Position numbers and translations under genes: made by a program. From a virus: DNA of 6,147 nt. Numbering within the stretch: position 1 is the stretch's first letter; the number at the start of each line of letters is the position of its first letter. Below, piece after piece: positions 1 through 4,345 of this stretch. The stretch spans positions 1 through 6,147 of IMG/VR virus record IMGVR_UViG_3300020041_000070; one strand, written 5' to 3'. The notes under the pieces were generated by a model. That model was given only the letters and a program-made list of their open reading frames with translations. It was not told the origin of the DNA and searched no databases.

Positions 1-53
1 ATTTCCAAGTATATGCTGTTCAGAACTTGGATAGAAATGGTTTACCTTATTAA
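1..53 (+). CDS. VP1: 3' end of the major capsid protein VP1 (partial; duplicate of 6027-6079)
   Basis: Reads ...FQVYAVQNLDRNGLPY then stop TAA at 51-53. Identical to the end of the 4346-6079 ORF. Confidence 0.9.
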   Translation, partial: FQVYAVQNLDRNGLPY

Positions 54-121
54 TTTGTGCTGTTATGAGAAATTTTGCCTATAAGAACCCCGATTATATT
101 AAAAATGAGGTTGTTCCCGAG
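1..121. repeat. Terminal redundancy: exact copy of 6027-6147. This is the signature of a circular genome linearised with overlap; unit length 6026 nt.
   Basis: Base-by-base comparison shows the first 121 nt are identical to the last 121 nt. The repeat carries the VP1 3' end, its stop codon and the start of the next gene, so it is not a biological LTR. Confidence 0.97.
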
Positions 122-508
122 TTGGTTGAGGAACATCCGTGCTATCAACAGTCTGTATACGATACTGTTATGTATGATACGTCTTCTGACGGTGATTTGA
201 TTCAAAATGATATGACGCAGATTCTCCTTAATCAGGAAAAATATCGTCGTCTTCTTGGTGACATGAATGTTCAGAATATTCTTTCCCAGATGCATCCTAC
301 TCAGTCTACCGTTATGGACGGTATGACTGATGAGCAGCGCTTTGATTGTGTTATCTCCCGGCATTGTCAGACTATGTCGGAGCGACAGGCTGTTTTACAG
401 CATCTGGCTATTGAAAAGTCTGAGCTTACTAAGTATGCCCAGGAAATGTTGGCAGAGCAGCAGTCAGCGCCCGATAAATCGCCCGCCCCTGACGCCGGTG
501 CTCAATGA
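65..508 (+). CDS. Hypothetical 147-aa protein between VP1 and VP2; possibly an internal scaffolding (VP3-like) protein
   Basis: The ORF shows the same T3 codon bias as the capsid genes. It starts 11 nt after the VP1 stop, and its stop overlaps the VP2 start (ATGA at 505-508). The product is acidic with a Pro/Ala-rich tail (SAPDKSPAPDAGAQ). Size and position resemble gokushovirus VP3, but I recognise no diagnostic motif. Confidence 0.75.
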   Translation: MRNFAYKNPDYIKNEVVPELVEEHPCYQQSVYDTVMYDTSSDGDLIQNDMTQILLNQEKYRRLLGDMNVQNILSQMHPTQSTVMDGMTDEQRFDCVISRHCQTMSERQAVLQHLAIEKSELTKYAQEMLAEQQSAPDKSPAPDAGAQ

Positions 509-1620
509 GATTCTATGAGATTGGAGAAAGCCCCTTAATGGGGCACTCCGAAAAACATATTGCTCCGCTTGTTCTTGGCGGTATTATTGCCGCCGGTGCT
601 TCACTTGCCGGTAATGCCATTGGTGCTTCTTCGCAGAATAAGACCAATCAGACTAGCGTTGATATTAATCGTGAGAATAACGCGTTTAATGCCCATCAAG
701 CACAGATTCAGCGTGATTGGCAGGAAAAGATGTGGGGAATGAACAATTCTTACAATTCCCCCAATGCCATGATTTCTCGTGGCTTGAATCCGTTTGTTCA
801 AGGTTCTGCTGCCATGGCTGGTTCTAGATCCCCTGCTTCTGGTGGTTCATCTGCTTCAGCTTCTTCCGCTCCTAGCTTGCAGGCTTTCCGTCCCGATTTC
901 TCTGATGTCGGTTCTGCTCTTGCTTCTATGGCCCAGGCTCGTGCTGCTATGCTTGATGCTGAACAGAACGCTGCTCTTACGCCATATAAGATTGACCAGA
1001 TTCGTGGTGCTACTGATTACCGTAACATTGGTATTGGTGAGTCCGGTTACTGGAATGCTTCTTCTGGTAGACGTTCTGCTCTGTTGGACCAATCCAAGGA
1101 GTACCAGGAGCTTAAGAATATGGAGTTTGCCGGTCGTCTTACGTCTGCACAGGAATCACAGATTTTGCTTGATTCTCAAGCACAGCAGATATTGAATAAG
1201 TATCTTGATGAGCAGCAGCAGGCTGACCTGTTTATTAAAGGCCAGACTTTGGCTAATTTGTATGCCCAAGGTGCTCTTTCTGAAGCTCAATATAAAAACC
1301 AGATGGCCCAGGCTGTTAAGACTTCCGCTGAAACGAACGGTATTCGCATTAGTAATAAGATTGCTCAGCAGACCGCTGATTCACTGATTTATGCTAACAT
1401 TCAGGCTAATCGTGCCCGTGGTTTGTCTTCTCTATGGGATTCTAAGAATACCAATGTTCTTAAGAACATAGAATACTCTAAGGATAAGGCCTTACGTGAT
1501 TATTATAAATGGTCTTCTAAACAGAAACAGAAGGATGTCAATTCTTATGAGCTGCGTAATGCCATTGATTATGGCACCCGTATATTCCAAGGTGTCGGTA
1601 ATTCTGTTGGCCGTAAGTGA
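505..1620 (+). CDS. VP2: Minor capsid / DNA pilot protein VP2 (phiX174 H-like), 371 aa
   Basis: An N-terminal Gly/Ala-rich hydrophobic segment (IAPLVLGGIIAAGASLAGNAIGAS) is followed by the block NAFNAHQAQIQRDWQEKMWGMNNSYNSPNAMISRGLNPF, which is typical of microvirus pilot proteins. Next come a Ser/Ala-rich linker and a long Gln/Ala-rich, probably coiled-coil, C-terminal half. The start could alternatively be the ATG at 538. Confidence 0.85.
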   Translation: MRFYEIGESPLMGHSEKHIAPLVLGGIIAAGASLAGNAIGASSQNKTNQTSVDINRENNAFNAHQAQIQRDWQEKMWGMNNSYNSPNAMISRGLNPFVQGSAAMAGSRSPASGGSSASASSAPSLQAFRPDFSDVGSALASMAQARAAMLDAEQNAALTPYKIDQIRGATDYRNIGIGESGYWNASSGRRSALLDQSKEYQELKNMEFAGRLTSAQESQILLDSQAQQILNKYLDEQQQADLFIKGQTLANLYAQGALSEAQYKNQMAQAVKTSAETNGIRISNKIAQQTADSLIYANIQANRARGLSSLWDSKNTNVLKNIEYSKDKALRDYYKWSSKQKQKDVNSYELRNAIDYGTRIFQGVGNSVGRK

Positions 1621-1679
1621 ATCTATTCTCTTTCCTCCCCTCGAAGCGGTGGAAAATTTTTTGTACTTCAGGACTAGAA

Positions 1680-1726
1680 GCCCATCGCGGCGTTTGAGCG
1701 ATATACACCCGCCGCCCGCGTAGGGC
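1680..1726 (+). other. Imperfect GC-rich stem-loop (GCCC/GGGC plus CGCGG/CCGCG arms)
   Basis: GCCC (1680-1683) pairs with GGGC (1723-1726) and CGCGG (1686-1690) pairs with CCGCG (1716-1720), separated by a 2x2 internal loop. An alternative pairing is GCGGCG 1687-1692 with CGCCGC 1710-1715. Confidence 0.45.
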
Positions 1727-1739
1727 CTGGTCGAAAAAT

Positions 1740-1784
1740 GGAGCGGAGCGACTTCCTTATAGGAGCGCCCCGCTCCGGTATTTT
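1740..1784 (+). terminator. Long GC-rich hairpin (1740-1776) followed by GGTATTTT; candidate intrinsic terminator of the capsid transcript and/or an ssDNA structural element
   Basis: GGAGCGG (1740-1746) pairs with CCGCTCC (1770-1776), GCG (1748-1750) with CGC (1766-1768), and TCCT (1754-1757) with AGGA (1761-1764), leaving loop TAT. A T4 run sits at 1781-1784, but it is not immediately adjacent to the stem. Confidence 0.35.
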
Positions 1785-1801
1785 AGCACGGAGTGCGCAA
1801 A

Positions 1802-1824
1802 GGCAAGACAGTTTCTGCCTTGCC
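1802..1824 (+). other. Hairpin GGCAAGACAG-TTT-CTGCCTTGCC (10-bp stem with one mismatch)
   Basis: GGCAAG/CTTGCC and CAG/CTG pair, with a single A/C mismatch and a TTT loop. Confidence 0.6.
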
Positions 1825-1863
1825 GTGTCTATACACCTTTGTATACATTCACTTGTCAATTAA

Positions 1864-1889
1864 GCGAAGCCCCTAGTTGTGTGCGAAGC
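1864..1889 (+). repeat. Two copies of GCGAAGC (1864-1870 and 1883-1889), the stable DNA mini-hairpin heptamer
   Basis: Both are exact heptamers with starts 19 nt apart, in non-coding ssDNA-phage sequence. Confidence 0.7.
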
Positions 1890-1890
1890 A

Positions 1891-1913
1891 AATCCGAGTT
1901 ATCCTCTCGGATT
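1891..1913 (+). other. Perfect 8-bp hairpin AATCCGAG-TTATCCT-CTCGGATT
   Basis: The exact reverse complement arms are 1891-1898 and 1906-1913, with a 7-nt loop. No T-run follows (CTCCCCCTC instead). Confidence 0.65.
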
Positions 1914-1990
1914 CTCCCCCTCTTGTCTATAAACGCACAACTCACACTCCATCATAAATGGTCCTCTCCCCACAATTCCTGGAGGCAAAA

Positions 1991-2021
1991 TTTGGAAATA
2001 CGAAAAAAACTCATACCTTTG
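1991..2021 (+). promoter_or_regulatory. Bacteroidetes-type sigma-A promoter: -33 TTTG (1991-1994), 19-nt spacer, -7 TAccTTTG (2014-2021)
   Basis: It matches the two-part Bacteroides consensus TTTG ... TAnnTTTG. It lies about 50 nt upstream of the first gene of the 2072-4329 block, and an AT-rich leader follows. Confidence 0.5.
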
Positions 2022-2071
2022 CACCATGTAGAAGTTACAATTATTATTAATGTTTTAAAATTATTACCGTT

Positions 2072-2269
2072 ATGCAAAGATTTATTATTTCAGTTAAAGA
2101 CAGAAACACTGGTCATGATGTTTTTTCGCCTTATGTTGTTAATTCTCTCGATGGCCTTGGACGCTATTGTGAACGTTTTTGTCCATTGGGTTTTATCGTT
2201 GTTGTGGACTCGATTAAAGAGGAGAATGATTTTGTTGAACTTAAAAATCAAAGTGATAATGAAAAGTAA
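2072..2269 (+). CDS. Hypothetical 65-aa protein (orphan; first gene after the predicted promoter)
   Basis: Strong T3 codon bias (ttt att att ... gtt gtt aat tct ...) matches the confirmed genes. The product is acidic and has no motif I recognise. Confidence 0.7.
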   Translation: MQRFIISVKDRNTGHDVFSPYVVNSLDGLGRYCERFCPLGFIVVVDSIKEENDFVELKNQSDNEK

Positions 2270-2342
2270 TAATATTTGGAAAATTGTGATTGGAGCTGTT
2301 TCGGCAGCTCTTGGTTATATTCTTAATGCTATTGGATTATGA
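2259..2342 (+). CDS. 27-aa single-pass transmembrane micro-protein (MKSNNIWKIVIGAVSAALGYILNAIGL); candidate holin-like or membrane-active lysis partner
   Basis: The ATG at 2259 overlaps the last 11 nt of the upstream ORF, and the stop TGA (2340-2342) overlaps the peptidase ATG (2339) as ATGA. The 2270-2338 segment is closed in the upstream gene's frame. In this frame it shows the genome's T3 bias (agt aat aat att ... gct gtt ... gct ctt ggt tat att ctt aat gct att). Alternative in-frame starts exist at 2226 and 2115/2118. Confidence 0.55.
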   Translation: MKSNNIWKIVIGAVSAALGYILNAIGL

Positions 2343-2647
2343 ATAGTGCCCTTATGGATTTTCTTGAGCATCTGTTGTCTTTTAACTTGCATTTTACGAT
2401 AACAAGTGCTAAGCGCTCTATTGCTGAGAATAAGGCTGCCGGTGGTGTCCCTAATTCTCAGCATCTGTTTGGAGAGGCTATTGATATTAAGCCTTATGGC
2501 TCTACTACTTATAGTCGTTTGCTTGAGCATATCCATAGTTATTCGGATAATACTCATGTATTTGACCAATTGATATTGTATCCTACGTTTATCCATATTT
2601 CGTTTGGTGGCCGTAATCGTCATCAGGTGATTTATAAATGTAAATAA
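2339..2647 (+). CDS. Minimal peptidase M15-like (zinc D-Ala-D-Ala carboxypeptidase/endolysin fold) cell-wall hydrolase, 102 aa
   Basis: The motif ITSAKRSIAENKAAGGVPNSQHLFGEAIDI matches the M15 signature (SxxR...N...GG...SxH-x6-D). H42 is at 2462-2464 and D49 at 2483-2485. A third His lies in FIHISF (H86, 2594-2596), where the family usually has HVD. There is no N-terminal signal peptide. Confidence 0.8.
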   Translation: MNSALMDFLEHLLSFNLHFTITSAKRSIAENKAAGGVPNSQHLFGEAIDIKPYGSTTYSRLLEHIHSYSDNTHVFDQLILYPTFIHISFGGRNRHQVIYKCK

Positions 2648-2649
2648 TT

Positions 2650-4329
2650 ATGAAGTTTTCTCCTGATTTGTTTAAGGCTGTTGACCATTGTCAGCATCGT
2701 TCGTTTATTACGAACAAGTATACCGGTGCACGCATTGCCGTTGATTGTGGACAGTGTGATTACTGTATCCACAAGAAAGCTAAAAAGGCTTCTATGCGTG
2801 TAAAAACCGCTGGAAGTTCTTTTAAGTATTCTTATTTTGTAACTCTTACTTACGACAATGCGCATCTTCCTCTTATGAATTGTAGTGTTCTCCATAGTGA
2901 TTATGAGGATGCCTTAGGCATTTCAGGAGATATTCATTTTGGCAATGAACATCATCAGTATATCCCTGTTTCTGAATATCAATGTGGTGATAACTCCATG
3001 CTGCGTCATATATTCTTCGTTCAGGTACAAGGCACTGTGCCGTTTGACCGTGAAGTTAAGGAATATGTCCCTGTTAAGGATAATTGGTTTCTTAGTATGG
3101 ACGCTATTCGTAGTTTTATCAATAAGACGCAAGCTGTTGACAAAACGGATTATCCCGCTTCTGCACAATACGGTCGTGATAACCTTATTCCCTTCCTGAA
3201 TTATGTTGATGTTCAGAATTATATTAAACGCTTACGTAAACATTTGTCTTTGAAATTAGGTTCTTATGAAACGTTACATTTTTACGCTGTGGGTGAGTAC
3301 GGACCCGTGCATTTCCGCCCGCATTATCATCTCTTACTATTCACAAACTCGGACAAGGTCGCCGAGGTTCTACGATACTGTCACGATAAGAGTTGGAAAC
3401 TCGGTCGTTCAGATTTCCAACGTTCCGCTGGTGGAGCTGGCTCGTACGTTGCGAGTTACGTTAACAGCTTGTGCGCTTCTCCCCTCCTATATCGCTCATG
3501 CCGCGCGTTTAGACCCAGGTCGCGAGCATCTGTTGGATTCTTTGAAAAGGGCTGCGACTTTGTGGAAGATGAAGACCCTTATGCGCAAATTGAGCAAAAA
3601 ATCGATTCTGTCGTTAACGGAAGAGTCTATAACTTCAATGGCGTCAGTGTTCGGTCAACTCCGCCCATGTCGTATATCCGTACCTTATTGCCCCGATTCT
3701 CGTCTGCTCGCAATGACGATGTTGCTGCGATTGCTCGAATTCTTTGCGCTGTGCATCGGACGCCACAGAGAATTGCAAGGTTCGGATTCATTGATTACGG
3801 ACAAGGCTCAGTTTTAGCTCTTGTTCGTACTTATTATCAATATCTTAAGGTTAACTCTATTCTTACCGATGATGACAAGATTATATTACATGCCTCCCGG
3901 TGTCTTACCAGGTTTGTTAACTGTTCTAGTGATGTCGATACTGAATCTTTCATTAATAAACTGTATCGGCTGTTCCTATATGTCTATAAGTTCTTCCGTA
4001 ACTGGCATCTCCCTCTCTTTGGCTCTGATATTAGTGCTTACTCCGGACGTATTATGTTTATCATTAAAACGGGCATAGAGTATGAGAAGAAAGCGGATTA
4101 TGAAAGTTTACGAAATGCATATGACCTTCGTTCCCAATACTCAAACATATCGGATTGTATGTTTGCGTTGCCTCAGAACGGACAGGAGATTGATGTCCTG
4201 CAAGACGTTTCAAGTGAAACGCTTCAACTTCTTGAGCAACTCCGATACCGTAGTTCGACATTCTGTCGTGATATGATTAAGCATAAGCAGCTTAATGATG
4301 CTAACAATATATTCAATCGTATGGTTTAA
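2650..4329 (+). CDS. VP4: Replication initiator protein VP4 (HUH rolling-circle endonuclease, phiX174 A-like), 559 aa
   Basis: There is an N-terminal Cys cluster CGQCDYC (C33 at 2746, C39 at 2764). RCR motif 1 is FVTLTY (2836-2853). Motif 2 is HUH, H-Y-H in PHYHLLLF (3322-3330). Motif 3 is a double tyrosine, SYVASYVNS (Y266 at 3445-3447, Y270 at 3457-3459), closely resembling the phiX174 A-protein YVAKYVNK. Confidence 0.95.
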   Translation: MKFSPDLFKAVDHCQHRSFITNKYTGARIAVDCGQCDYCIHKKAKKASMRVKTAGSSFKYSYFVTLTYDNAHLPLMNCSVLHSDYEDALGISGDIHFGNEHHQYIPVSEYQCGDNSMLRHIFFVQVQGTVPFDREVKEYVPVKDNWFLSMDAIRSFINKTQAVDKTDYPASAQYGRDNLIPFLNYVDVQNYIKRLRKHLSLKLGSYETLHFYAVGEYGPVHFRPHYHLLLFTNSDKVAEVLRYCHDKSWKLGRSDFQRSAGGAGSYVASYVNSLCASPLLYRSCRAFRPRSRASVGFFEKGCDFVEDEDPYAQIEQKIDSVVNGRVYNFNGVSVRSTPPMSYIRTLLPRFSSARNDDVAAIARILCAVHRTPQRIARFGFIDYGQGSVLALVRTYYQYLKVNSILTDDDKIILHASRCLTRFVNCSSDVDTESFINKLYRLFLYVYKFFRNWHLPLFGSDISAYSGRIMFIIKTGIEYEKKADYESLRNAYDLRSQYSNISDCMFALPQNGQEIDVLQDVSSETLQLLEQLRYRSSTFCRDMIKHKQLNDANNIFNRMV

Positions 4330-4345
4330 TTTTAATTAATTAATT

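Larger units (their letters stand above)
1621..2071. other. Long non-coding region (451 nt) holding the structured GC-rich island, hairpins, C-tracts and the promoter
   Basis: No ORF here shows the genome-wide T3 codon bias. Composition and repeat structure differ sharply from the coding parts. Confidence 0.8.

Noticed and set aside
50-364. Other minus-strand ORFs (50-364, 601-801, 856-1092, 2315-2623, 2632-2895, 2923-3168, 4064-4261)
   Set aside because: They are antisense to well-supported genes, have no motif content and no codon-bias support, and their sizes are typical of chance antisense ORFs.
330-518. 62-aa + strand ORF overlapping the end of the 147-aa gene
   Set aside because: It is an off-frame ORF within a codon-bias-supported gene, and it has no independent signal.
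794-1195. Leu/Val/Phe-rich off-frame + strand ORFs inside real genes that look like membrane proteins (560-742, 794-1195, 1205-1387, 2939-3199, 3821-4078, 4082-4276, 4644-4829)
   Set aside because: All lie in the frame where the host gene's T-rich third position becomes codon position 2. This automatically produces hydrophobic codons and suppresses stop codons. They lack T3 bias in their own frame and are best explained as by-products of codon bias.
1634-1661. Possible intrinsic terminator directly after the VP2 stop (CCTCCCC-TCGAA-GCGGTGG followed by AAAATTTTTTG)
   Set aside because: The stem pairs at only 5 of 7 positions, and an A4 spacer separates it from the T6 run. This is too weak to call; the 1740-1784 hairpin is the better, though still tentative, terminator candidate.
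1680-1830. tRNA or tRNA fragment in the GC-rich island (GGTCGAAAA resembles a T-loop)
   Set aside because: On neither strand could I assemble a cloverleaf with an acceptor stem, a D-arm and a GTTCGAATC-type T-arm at correct spacings.
1702-1837. 8-bp direct repeat TATACACC (1702-1709 and 1830-1837) roughly bracketing the GC-rich block; possible target-site duplication of an inserted mini-element
   Set aside because: Roughly one chance 8-mer pair is expected within a 450-nt region. No terminal inverted repeats lie inside the repeats, and the first hairpin (1680-1726) straddles the left copy. I judged this not significant on its own.
1674-1859. Minus-strand 61-aa Arg-rich ORF across the GC-rich island; possible small basic DNA-binding protein
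   Set aside because: Microvirus genes are all on the packaged-strand sense. The Arg/Ala/Gly/Pro richness follows simply from the 60% GC content, and there is no recognisable start context or promoter on this strand.
2266-2280. AGTAATAATATTTGG, whose reverse complement contains TATTATTAC, resembling the nanovirus/circovirus origin nonanucleotide
   Set aside because: The motif is on the wrong strand for nicking of the packaged strand. It is not in a hairpin loop, and it lies in an AT-rich coding overlap where such strings arise easily.
2115-2342. 75-aa reading (MMFFRLMLLILSMALDAIVNVFVHWVLSLLWTRLKRR...IGL) that looks like a two-TM class II holin, and the longer 1839-2342 ORF
   Set aside because: The part upstream of 2259 overlaps the 65-aa gene in the artefact-prone +1 frame. 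Its hydrophobicity is therefore expected by chance, and only the non-overlapping tail (2259/2270-2342) shows independent coding signal. An upstream start (2226 or 2115) cannot be excluded, since phiX174 E is overprinted in the same way, but it is not supported by sequence alone. The 1839-2114 part lies in non-coding sequence without codon bias.
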